A stretch of DNA of 12,529 nucleotides, taken from positions 1-12,529 of IMG/VR virus record IMGVR_UViG_3300017593_000998, one strand, 5' to 3'. The notes below the pieces were generated by a model. The model was not told where the DNA came from, did not search any database, and saw nothing but the letters and a program-made list of their open reading frames with translations. Made by a program: the position numbers and the translations under genes. The first letter of the stretch is position 1, and each line of letters begins with the position of its first letter. This document shows positions 6,203 through 12,529 of this stretch, one piece after another.

Positions 6203-6886
6203 TTATGGCAGTATTTTTATTGTGACATAAACGTCGAGTATGATGTCGGGCGTCTTCTCAATGCTCTGAGGGAGTAGGGCGTGTTCGAAGAGCACACCCG
6301 CCGTGTAGCGGTCGGGCGGGATGTAGTACTCGGCGTAGCTGTAGTCGCCGACCTGGTACCACTTCGGCGGTATGTTCTCGTAGATGCCGACCTCAGTGAA
6401 CGTGTAGCCGTTCAGCTCCTCGGGCATGTAGCGGACGTGGTACTGGAAGCCCCTGACCCCGCCCGTGCCGTCGAGGTACGTCAGGTCGGCGTCCGAGCCG
6501 TAGGGGAACGGCGTTATGTTCACGTGCCAGCCGCTCTGGTCGTGGGTGATGCTTATGGCCGCCCCGTCCTGGCCCTCCCCACGGGCGCTCTCGGGTACGG
6601 CCTGGAACAGGTCAGTGTCGCTCACGTCAGGCGTCCCGCTCCCGGTGCCGAGGACGAGCGCCCAGTACGGGCGGACATAGTAGCCGATGTCGTTTGGGCA
6701 GATAGGGTTTGAGGCCGGGTTGAGCCGTTTGGCCACGTACTTTCCCGTGAGCCAGGCCTGCCGGAGCAGGTCAGCGCCGGCGTTTGTTATGACGTTCTCG
6801 GTCGTTACCTCCTGCACCTTGCCCGTGCGGACGTTCGTCGCCACGACCCGGACGACGCCCTTAACTCCAAGCTCATCTACCCTCAT
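6203..6886 (-). CDS. 227-aa virion protein, tail-collar/fibre-base-like, paralog B with three insertions
   Basis: Start moved to ATG 6886 (RBS GGGGGTGG, directly after the upstream stop at 6888). Shares LVLGTGSGTP, AVPxSA, YxVRYxPExxNGYTxTExGIYE and ILLD/IILD with paralog A. Confidence 0.78.
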   Translation of the reverse strand: MRVDELGVKGVVRVVATNVRTGKVQEVTTENVITNAGADLLRQAWLTGKYVAKRLNPASNPICPNDIGYYVRPYWALVLGTGSGTPDVSDTDLFQAVPESARGEGQDGAAISITHDQSGWHVNITPFPYGSDADLTYLDGTGGVRGFQYHVRYMPEELNGYTFTEVGIYENIPPKWYQVGDYSYAEYYIPPDRYTAGVLFEHALLPQSIEKTPDIILDVYVTIKILP

Positions 6887-6887
6887 A

Positions 6888-8096
6888 TCAACCACCCCCG
6901 GCGTAGCGTTCAAACTTATTCAAGGTATAGTTTGTCGCCTCAGGCAGGCTCATGACGGATGGGTCGCTCTCGTCGGTCGTGTTGTTTGGGTTCAGCTCCA
7001 CGAAGAACCTCGTCTCGCTGTCAATGCCTATCCAGATGACCGCTTGTGGTGTTGAAGTGTCCCAAGTCTCGATGTAGTACGGCAGGCTGTAGCGTGCTGA
7101 GGCATACGCAATTCTAATGTCCGAGCCGTCAGCGTTTGCTTTTATGAAGTCAAAGTTCGAGCCGTCGAGGTCAATTGCAACTTGGAAGTGCTCTAGGTCA
7201 TAGTTGTTCGGGTTGGTGATTGTTATCTTACGGCGGTAGAGCCATCCGGAGATGTCGCTTGATTCTTCTTCGCCTACAACAATAGTTGGCTCTTGCTCGG
7301 CATACTTGCGGACACGAACCCAATCAATAAGCGTCTCCATACTTGCATCGTATGCACTTTTCTGAAATATCATCACGTAACCAGAGAAAGCATTTGTCTG
7401 CGTAATACTCGCTGTATTACCATCCCAATATCCTATATGTATATTCCCATCTGTCTTTATTCCTACTTGATGCCATTCGTTGCCCGTAATTGTCGCCAAC
7501 TCGCTTGATACCACTGAATTTCCGTCGTTAGAGACTATCCTTGTCGGATAACCCGAGCGGTATTTTAATTCCAGTCTTACGAGTGGTGCTTGCTCTGATG
7601 TCTGCGATGACGATAGTTCTAAGTGTACAGTATATGAACTCTTTAGCATAACCCTTGCCTCAACTACAAGAGGTTGTGTGAATGTGCGTTGTGTCGCCAA
7701 ATAGATTTTATTTGCAGCCCCTATACTTGTCTTAATGTCAAGTATGCTGTCTGATACTGTAATCGATGTCGAACCTTCTTCTACTAGTGTCCACTTTGTT
7801 GTGTCAACCGATGAACCCTCAAAATCATCATATAAGTCAAACACCTGCTCTGGGTCGCTCTCGCTCACCGCTGAGGGGTTTCCGTAGTAAACATACAAAT
7901 CAACGCTACTGTTAGCAGGGATTTTTGGCACTTTGACCCATACTTTTCCCTGCCCGTTTTGAGCGTCCCATTTTTCTATCCAGTACGGGAGTTTCCACGG
8001 CAAGCTCCACACCCTAACCGCTTCCCTCTTATTCTGAGCGTCGTCAAAAAACCTTTGAGCCGTAACCGTCAACTGCACCCTTTGAGTCGCCATCAC
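6888..8096 (-). CDS. ~401-aa DUF2341-containing protein with a central concanavalin/LamG-like beta-sandwich; candidate receptor-binding protein
   Basis: DUF2341-type motifs LPYWIEKWD...VWVKVPKIP...LYVYYGNPSA..SD...VF..YDDF, DWVRVRKY...EP, and WLYRRKITI...FQV.IDLD...FDF.KA..DGSDIR. Confidence 0.85.
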   Translation of the reverse strand: MMATQRVQLTVTAQRFFDDAQNKREAVRVWSLPWKLPYWIEKWDAQNGQGKVWVKVPKIPANSSVDLYVYYGNPSAVSESDPEQVFDLYDDFEGSSVDTTKWTLVEEGSTSITVSDSILDIKTSIGAANKIYLATQRTFTQPLVVEARVMLKSSYTVHLELSSSQTSEQAPLVRLELKYRSGYPTRIVSNDGNSVVSSELATITGNEWHQVGIKTDGNIHIGYWDGNTASITQTNAFSGYVMIFQKSAYDASMETLIDWVRVRKYAEQEPTIVVGEEESSDISGWLYRRKITITNPNNYDLEHFQVAIDLDGSNFDFIKANADGSDIRIAYASARYSLPYYIETWDTSTPQAVIWIGIDSETRFFVELNPNNTTDESDPSVMSLPEATNYTLNKFERYAGGG

Positions 8097-8104
8097 TCAC
8101 CACC

Positions 8105-9079
8105 TCACGTCACGCTATATTCGGCATACCACTCGCTTATGTCAAACGCACCCGTTCCGGCAGTCGTGGAGTAGTACTCCAGGGTGTCTAAGCTGTCTTG
8201 GGTTTCTTGAGGCGTTAGGGTCTGCACGGATACCACGTTTAGCGTTAGTTCGTCATAGGTGCTCTGCTGTTCGCTTATGCTGGAGGACATCATCACCTGA
8301 TATTCGGCGTACCACTCGCTTATGTCAAACGGCGTGCTGGCGGGCCCCGTTGATGTCAGCACCCTATCATGTGCATACACCGACTCGGCAAAGGCCCTGA
8401 TGACCAGCGCCTCATCGTCCTGCGGGACGTAGCCGGCCGGTATGTCGTCAGACCACTGGCGCTCGTCGAACCTCAGCACCTCGGCGGAGGCCGTGCTGGT
8501 GCCGAACGCCTCGCTTGTCTGTGCGGTCTCATCGAAGGTCAGCGTGACGGCCTGCGCCTGGTAGGTTGATATGCTGTCCTCGGGCACTACTGGCTCGTCA
8601 AAAGAGGGCGTGAGTATCTGGCCCGACCACACCTCGAAAGAAACCGAGTCGTCAATCGTCTCATCGAACGCCTGCACCACCACGTCGGCGGTCGAAACGG
8701 ATATTGAGGTGCCCGACTGCTGGGCTTCATCAAAGTATCTGCGCACGGCGTCGGCGGTCGTGTAGCTCAGGCCGTCGGTGCTGGTCTGCTCCTCTTCCAG
8801 CGCCCGAATTACCAGCGGTCTTGTCACGGCACCCACGTCTTCTTGTAGGACTTCAATTAACTCCTTAGCAATGTCGTCGTACGTGGCCACCACCACGGCG
8901 TCCCCGGCGCTCGCCATCTCACGGACGGTGTAGATGTATCGGTCTCTGATGACCACGAGCGTTATGTCGCCGCTGTGGTGCACTTCGGCCTCAACTGCCT
9001 TGCTGAGCAGGTCAATTAACCTCCTCGGCCCGAGCCTCGTACTGCCAACCTTCAGCACCGACGGCCAGCGCCCATTCAT
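8105..9079 (-). CDS. 324-aa acidic protein with about nine to ten ~22-aa repeats; candidate spike/fibre shaft or scaffold
   Basis: FDE recurs five times at exact 22-aa spacing, with further degenerate units. FDISEWYAEY occurs twice near the C-terminus. Confidence 0.85.
   Translation of the reverse strand: MNGRWPSVLKVGSTRLGPRRLIDLLSKAVEAEVHHSGDITLVVIRDRYIYTVREMASAGDAVVVATYDDIAKELIEVLQEDVGAVTRPLVIRALEEEQTSTDGLSYTTADAVRRYFDEAQQSGTSISVSTADVVVQAFDETIDDSVSFEVWSGQILTPSFDEPVVPEDSISTYQAQAVTLTFDETAQTSEAFGTSTASAEVLRFDERQWSDDIPAGYVPQDDEALVIRAFAESVYAHDRVLTSTGPASTPFDISEWYAEYQVMMSSSISEQQSTYDELTLNVVSVQTLTPQETQDSLDTLEYYSTTAGTGAFDISEWYAEYSVT
8117..8331. repeat. 32-bp direct repeat (31/32 identical) at 8117-8148 and 8300-8331
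   Basis: atattcggc(a/g)taccactcgcttatgtcaaacg, 183 bp apart and in frame, encoding FDISEWYAEY. Confidence 0.9.
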
Positions 9080-9082
9080 GCC

Positions 9083-9415
9083 TCAACCCACCCACATGAC
9101 GTAAATCTTCTGCGCCGTGCTCTGGCTGACGACGTAAACCTTCCCGAGGTTGTCAATCACGATGTCAACGCTCTCGCCAGGGTCGAGGGCAAAACCTGTT
9201 CCAGAGCTTACTGAGCTGTCGAAGCCGATGTAAACGGCGTCCGTGTTGCCCTTGTCCGCCTTGATGGTGACCATCTTCACCTCCAGCGCCCCGAGGGCGG
9301 TCGGCGTCGTGCTGACCGTGAACTGGAACGTCCCGCCCTTCGAGGGCGAGCTCACGGCCCCCGCAACCGCCTGCTCCAACAGGTCGTAGTCAATCCTTGT
9401 GGACTTACCGAGCAT
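9083..9415 (-). CDS. 110-aa small jelly-roll-like virion protein (vertex/spike-base type)
   Basis: RBS GAGGTGGTGA. The pattern VTIKA..GN...VYIG...V..G.GF.L.PGES..I.IDNL.KVY is one I associate with small viral beta-barrel proteins. Confidence 0.75.
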   Translation of the reverse strand: MLGKSTRIDYDLLEQAVAGAVSSPSKGGTFQFTVSTTPTALGALEVKMVTIKADKGNTDAVYIGFDSSVSSGTGFALDPGESVDIVIDNLGKVYVVSQSTAQKIYVMWVG

Positions 9416-9426
9416 CTTTCACCACC

Positions 9427-9987
9427 TCACGGCAGGAACCCCTCGTACTCCCTTATTATCCTCGGCGCCGGGGCCGGCAGTCCGGGCGTGGGCGGCTGTG
9501 CTGGCACCTGTACCTGCAACTGCGGCATCAGCGCCCTGAGCGACCCTATGAACAAATCCATGTTGGTGACCCTGATGAGCAGGACCTCGTAGTTCAGCGT
9601 GGCGTCGCTTGAGCCGCCGATAAGCTCAATCCTCATCCTGCCCTTGATGGCCAGCGGCGGGTTCGGCGAGAGCTCCACGGCGTACTCGTTCGTGCCCGGC
9701 GAATAGACCGCAACGAAGGGCATGGTCGAGGTGAAGGTGTAGCCCTTGCCCTCCAGCTCACTCGCTATCAGCCGGAACTCCGTGGTGCTACCGAAGGCCG
9801 GGTCGTACTCAATCCTCAGCCCTGCGTCCGGCACGTTGGAGGTCACCCTTGCCCCGATGAACCACCCTGCCTCCTCGTCGGGTGAGGAGTAAACCTCCTT
9901 CTTCTTGCCCGCCTCGACCGGCTCGGTGTCCACGTACCGTATTTCCGTCCAGCCCTCAAGGAGCGGGAGCATACTCAGCAGGTCCAT
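9427..9987 (-). CDS. 186-aa beta-rich protein with a Pro-rich tail; candidate penton or minor capsid protein
   Basis: Start moved to ATG 9987 (MDLLSMLP; RBS GGAGGAGTGA, 4 nt after the upstream stop). Alternating strands GWFIGARVTS, GLRIEYD, YAVELSPNPPL, GRMRIELI, NYEVLLIRV. The fold is inferred. Confidence 0.7.
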   Translation of the reverse strand: MDLLSMLPLLEGWTEIRYVDTEPVEAGKKKEVYSSPDEEAGWFIGARVTSNVPDAGLRIEYDPAFGSTTEFRLIASELEGKGYTFTSTMPFVAVYSPGTNEYAVELSPNPPLAIKGRMRIELIGGSSDATLNYEVLLIRVTNMDLFIGSLRALMPQLQVQVPAQPPTPGLPAPAPRIIREYEGFLP

Positions 9988-9991
9988 GTTA

Positions 9992-10564
9992 TCACTCCTC
10001 CCACCATTCAATTCTGACGCAGTACTTCGCAGTCTTGTCGGACGTGTTCTCAACCTCTATGTATATGCCGTGGCCCTCCAGTATCTGCCCTGCCATGCCT
10101 CTGGTCGCCGGCGCCCCTGTGGCCCACTTGCCGGAACCGCCGGGCAGTAGGGTCTCGGTGTACTCCGTGGTGTAACCACTGTACGTTCCGCCGTGCTCGA
10201 ACACCACTACCGACGTGGCGTTGCCGCCAACGAGCTTTCCAAGCACAGGTATCGCCGTGCCGCTGGAGTCAATCGTCGGGTCGTGGTGTATCCTGACAAC
10301 GCCCTCTGCCCCGCCGAACACCAGCAGGGCCTTGACGTAGAGCGACTTGCCGCTCCCCTGCGGGTTGATGAAGACGAAGCCGTGGGTGTCGCCGGAGTCA
10401 ATGTCCACTACCTTGGCCGCCGCAAAGCCCTTGTCAGCCATGACGATTGAGCTCCACACGTCGTCGGTCTTAGCCGTGTCGGCCACGACTATCTTGTCGT
10501 TGATTTCTGCAACGTTGGGGTCAGAGCGGAAGGCGCCCGTTTTCATCACCTCCGGGCGCCTCAC
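9992..10564 (-). CDS. ~184-190-aa beta-sandwich virion protein (NPxGSG...WWEE pattern, reminiscent of DUF6143)
   Basis: FINPQGSGKSLYVK and C-terminal VRIEWWEE. Start uncertain (GTG 10564 overlapping the upstream stop, or ATG 10546). The family resemblance is from memory and unverified. Confidence 0.7.
   Translation of the reverse strand: MRRPEVMKTGAFRSDPNVAEINDKIVVADTAKTDDVWSSIVMADKGFAAAKVVDIDSGDTHGFVFINPQGSGKSLYVKALLVFGGAEGVVRIHHDPTIDSSGTAIPVLGKLVGGNATSVVVFEHGGTYSGYTTEYTETLLPGGSGKWATGAPATRGMAGQILEGHGIYIEVENTSDKTAKYCVRIEWWEE
10531..10561 (-). promoter_or_regulatory. 9-bp GC-rich hairpin enclosing the RBS and ATG of the ~190-aa gene
   Basis: Minus strand AGGCGCCCG-GAGGTGATGAAAA-CGGGCGCCT, beginning at the last base of the upstream stop codon. 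Confidence 0.5.
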
Positions 10565-10872
10565 TCAAGCACGTACGTTATCGTGATGTGGACATCGCTG
10601 GCGGCGTCGGCGACCGCCTTGAGCTCGAACCCCCTGTCGAGGTCGTAAATCATCGAGTTGTTGTTTATGTGCGAGGAGCTCTGGGCGAGCGGTATGACTG
10701 CCAGGGTTTTGCTGACGCTCCCGTCCGGCGAAACCTGCCTCAGCGTTATCTTCACGTCGGCGGTCCCGACGTTGTAGGCCTCTATCATCTTCACGACTAC
10801 CTTCCTGTGCTTCGGCGGCTTCACGATGGAAACCTCATCGGTCGTGGTCAGCTCAACGTGCTTGGTCGGCAT
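10561..10872 (-). CDS. 103-aa small jelly-roll-like virion protein
   Basis: RBS GGGGGTG. About eight short strands (KVVVKMIEAYN, VKITLRQ, TLAVIPL, IYDLDRG, ELKAVAD, VHITITY). Confidence 0.75.
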   Translation of the reverse strand: MPTKHVELTTTDEVSIVKPPKHRKVVVKMIEAYNVGTADVKITLRQVSPDGSVSKTLAVIPLAQSSSHINNNSMIYDLDRGFELKAVADAASDVHITITYVLE

Positions 10873-10875
10873 TCA

Positions 10876-11532
10876 TCACACCCCCGTACCCATCCTCTCG
10901 TTCCAGAGCTTGGCGGCGTAGTTCATCAGGTCGGAGCCAACCAGCTTGACCAGCCACTGCGGGGCGCTGTACGGCTCAAGGAACGTGTATATCTTGCACT
11001 TCTTCTTGCCGTCGATGAGCGCCTCGATGTCCTTGGTGTCCCTAACGACCCTGTACGTGTACTTGGCCACGTGGAAGGCGAGCATGGCGTAGATGTCGTC
11101 GGTGTCCGGGTTGTGGACGTTGAAGCTCGGGTAGAGGTCCTGGAAGGTTATGAGTTCACTCTTGGCGTCCGGCTCCTCGAACGGGCTGGTAACGCCGTCA
11201 AGCCACTTGGTCGCTCCGGGGACCCTCCTCGTGCCCCTGAGGTTGAACCTGTCCACCTGCGGCGGGAAGCGTAGGTAAACCTCTGCAACCTCCGGGGCGA
11301 CGCCGACGAAGGCCTGGAGGATGAACCTCTGCTGTTCTGGGTCAAGGATGTGGTCGTTGTACTCGTTCTTGGGCTCGAACCAGTCGCTGGTCTGGCCTGC
11401 CGAAACCTTGCCGACCTCATACGGCTCGTAGGTGACAATCTCCCTGCCGGTTATTCTGAAGAACACGGGGCCTTCCCTGAAGGCCACGGCCAGATGGTGC
11501 CCTGGCTTCAGAAACTCAGGCTTCTCATACAC
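10876..11532 (-). CDS. 218-aa hypothetical virion protein directly downstream of the candidate major capsid gene
   Basis: Start moved to GTG 11532 (GGAGGTG plus 6 nt); the track start at 11541 lies inside the RBS. Strong GC3 bias, beta-rich core, helical C-terminus. Confidence 0.85.
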   Translation of the reverse strand: MYEKPEFLKPGHHLAVAFREGPVFFRITGREIVTYEPYEVGKVSAGQTSDWFEPKNEYNDHILDPEQQRFILQAFVGVAPEVAEVYLRFPPQVDRFNLRGTRRVPGATKWLDGVTSPFEEPDAKSELITFQDLYPSFNVHNPDTDDIYAMLAFHVAKYTYRVVRDTKDIEALIDGKKKCKIYTFLEPYSAPQWLVKLVGSDLMNYAAKLWNERMGTGV

Positions 11533-11611
11533 GGCTAACACCTCCTTCGGGTGCTTTTAAAGTGCCGAGAACAGTCGTCTCGGCCTTCTCTCTCGTCGGC
11601 CTTCCGTTCAC
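11525..11611 (-). CDS. Possible 28-aa micro-ORF MNGRPTREKAETTVLGTLKAPEGGVSRV
   Basis: GTG at 11611 preceded by GGGGTGG; the stop overlaps the next start (GTGTATGA). Could be chance. Confidence 0.25.
   Translation of the reverse strand: MNGRPTREKAETTVLGTLKAPEGGVSRV
11554..11584 (-). promoter_or_regulatory. Possible TATA box (TTTAAAA) with an adjacent 7-7-7 inverted repeat
   Basis: TTTAAAA at 11561-11555, about 25 nt before the GTG. GCCGAGA-N7-TCTCGGC at 11564-11584. No purine-rich BRE. Confidence 0.3.
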
Positions 11612-11639
11612 CTTTGCACCACCCCTTCTCTCTCGTCGG
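11584..11639. repeat. Perfect 16-bp direct repeat ccttctctctcgtcgg at 11584-11599 and 11624-11639
   Basis: Read directly; 40-bp spacing, in the largest intergenic gap. Confidence 0.9.
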
Positions 11640-11647
11640 GGTTTGTT

Positions 11648-11658
11648 AAAAAGAAAAA
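11648..11658 (-). terminator. Archaeal oligo-T terminator TTTTTCTTTTT
   Basis: Begins 10 nt after the stop of 11669..12352; stands out in GC-rich DNA. Confidence 0.7.
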
Positions 11659-11668
11659 GGTTTCAGGT

Positions 11669-12352
11669 TCAGAAGTTGGCCTTGAGGAACCTGCCGCGTC
11701 CAACGACAACGCCGAGGAGCTTAATCTTGCCGGTGGTCGGGGTGCCGCTGTCGTAGTCCGGGCTGTGGACCTCAATCTTGAAGTACTCCTTGGGGAGCAC
11801 CGGTATGGCGTTGAAGTTCCAGGCCGGAACGTCGTTCCTGTTGTCAGTGAGGATGGCGTTGCTGACATCGAGCGGCAGGAGGCTCCTCTGGCCGACCTGG
11901 ACGCGTATTCCGTCGGTCCTGGCGGTGATGGTGTCGCCGTCGTAGAGGTCGATGATGCCGAAGACTATCATACCAACGTCGTCGTTGAGGCTACCCTCGG
12001 CGAGGGTGACCCACTCGGTGGCGTAGGTTATCTTGAAGTAGGCGCCGTCGGCGGTGACGGCTGAGCCAAGGAGGCTGTTGCCACCGTTGTCCTTGAGGTG
12101 CGCCGGCCTTACCGGGGCAAAGCCGAGCTCCATGTCCTCGGCGAGCTGGCCGCCGAAGGTCGGGTTTCCGAGGGCGAACTTGACGGCCTCGACGAAGCCC
12201 CTTATCTGGTTCTTGTAGGTCTGAAGGAGCTCATAGACAACTCCGTCCTTCGGGCCGAAGAGGTTGTCAATCTGGACGCTGAACTTGGCCTCCTCCTTCC
12301 CGACGAGCGGGGTGGCGTTGAGGTCCCTATCGATACTCTCAAACCTGACCAT
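11669..12352 (-). CDS. 227-aa candidate major capsid protein (helical N-terminus plus beta-rich, possibly single jelly-roll domain)
   Basis: Start moved to ATG 12352 (GGAGGTGA plus 5 nt). Very strong GC3 bias, its own terminator, and position near the start of the structural block. The CDS is solid; the capsid role is inference only. Confidence 0.6.
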   Translation of the reverse strand: MVRFESIDRDLNATPLVGKEEAKFSVQIDNLFGPKDGVVYELLQTYKNQIRGFVEAVKFALGNPTFGGQLAEDMELGFAPVRPAHLKDNGGNSLLGSAVTADGAYFKITYATEWVTLAEGSLNDDVGMIVFGIIDLYDGDTITARTDGIRVQVGQRSLLPLDVSNAILTDNRNDVPAWNFNAIPVLPKEYFKIEVHSPDYDSGTPTTGKIKLLGVVVGRGRFLKANF

Positions 12353-12365
12353 CTTTTTCACCTCC

Positions 12366-12529
12366 TCAGTACAGGAACTCCTCCTCAACCGGTGCGGGGG
12401 CTGGCTGGGCCGGGGCCACCGGAGTAACAGTCAGGGTGACTGGCTGGGCCGGGGCGTAGGTGCTCATGGCCGCCTGCTCCCAGGTGAGTCCGAGGCTGGC
12501 GCCGACCTTGTTGGCAAGGTCATCAGGGC
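12366..12529 (-). CDS. C-terminal part of an upstream protein with a Pro/Ala-rich tail (absent from the ORF track)
   Basis: ...PDDLANKVGASLGLTWEQAAMSTYAPAQPVTLTVTPVAPAQPAPAPVEEEFLY*. The stop abuts the next RBS. APAQP is encoded by a 16-bp repeat at 12401-12416 and 12440-12455. Confidence 0.8.
   Translation of the reverse strand, partial: PDDLANKVGASLGLTWEQAAMSTYAPAQPVTLTVTPVAPAQPAPAPVEEEFLY

Larger units (their letters stand above)
1..12529 (-). mobile_element. Structural-gene module of a putative archaeal virus or provirus (likely tail-less, membrane-containing, thermophilic host)
   Basis: About 22 co-directional, abutting or overlapping ORFs with GGAGGTGA/GGGGGTG RBS motifs and AGG/ATA codon use. 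Products are beta-rich, Ig-like, DUF2341-like, tail-collar-like or membrane-anchored without signal peptides. No housekeeping genes. No integrase, terminase, portal or att site is visible, so free versus integrated state is undetermined. Confidence 0.8.

Noticed and set aside
8117-8331. 32-bp repeat as a CRISPR array or DGR template/variable pair
   Set aside because: Only two in-frame coding copies, 151 bp between them, one synonymous difference, and no cas or reverse transcriptase gene in the window.
10340-10370. NPQGSGKS as a Walker A motif (packaging ATPase)
   Set aside because: It lacks the first Gly/Ala of GxxxxGKS at the proper position, there is no Walker B, and the context is all-beta.
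11584-11639. 16-bp repeats as a mini-CRISPR or att sites
   Set aside because: Too short for CRISPR repeats, only two copies, and no tRNA or integrase nearby.
331-11868. Alternate-frame minus ORFs (331..636, 2923..3120, 3277..3495, 5141..5341, 5747..6052, 10207..10401, 11148..11438, 11608..11868)
   Set aside because: They are nested in or largely overlap better-supported genes and have the Arg/Ser/Pro-rich composition of off-frame GC-rich sequence.
9988-12388. Track start positions 10053, 11541 and 12388 (also 6913 and 4399)
   Set aside because: Each overlaps the upstream gene or lies within the RBS; downstream starts have proper RBS spacing.
696-12427. All plus-strand ORFs in the track (for example 1296..1916, 4722..5258, 10588..11274)
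   Set aside because: They are antisense shadows of GC3-biased minus-strand genes. The minus strand is already tiled with RBS-led genes, and the plus-strand translations show no recognisable features.

Overview
The window is a tightly packed, all-minus-strand block of about 22 genes. Most starts have archaeal-type Shine-Dalgarno motifs (GGAGGTGA, GGGGGTG), the GC content is roughly 55-65%, and there are no metabolic, replication or integrase genes. It reads as the virion structural module of an archaeal virus or provirus, probably from a (hyper)thermophile and probably tail-less and membrane-containing; this assignment is inference. In transcription order (right to left): a partial Pro-rich ORF, a candidate major capsid protein followed by an oligo-T terminator, several beta-rich jelly-roll-like proteins, a 22-aa-repeat protein, a rearranged DUF2341/lectin-like protein with a low-GC core, two paralogous tail-collar-like proteins, two coiled-coil membrane proteins, and a surface cassette of Ig-like and tail-anchored proteins. 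The strongest observation is in that cassette. Several Ig-like domains stop right after their penultimate strand (for example ...ELYAYY*, ...LEAYY*), and the next gene starts with a matching M-x(1-2)-W-x-x-x-G-[ST]-[KR] strand. One such gene is an unannotated 53-aa peptide made of only that strand, a Pro/Thr linker and a transmembrane helix. This suggests a membrane-anchored filament or spike built by donor-strand complementation. An unrecognised ~120-aa W/Y/C-rich domain occurs five times in three genes. All calls are by eye; no database searches were run.
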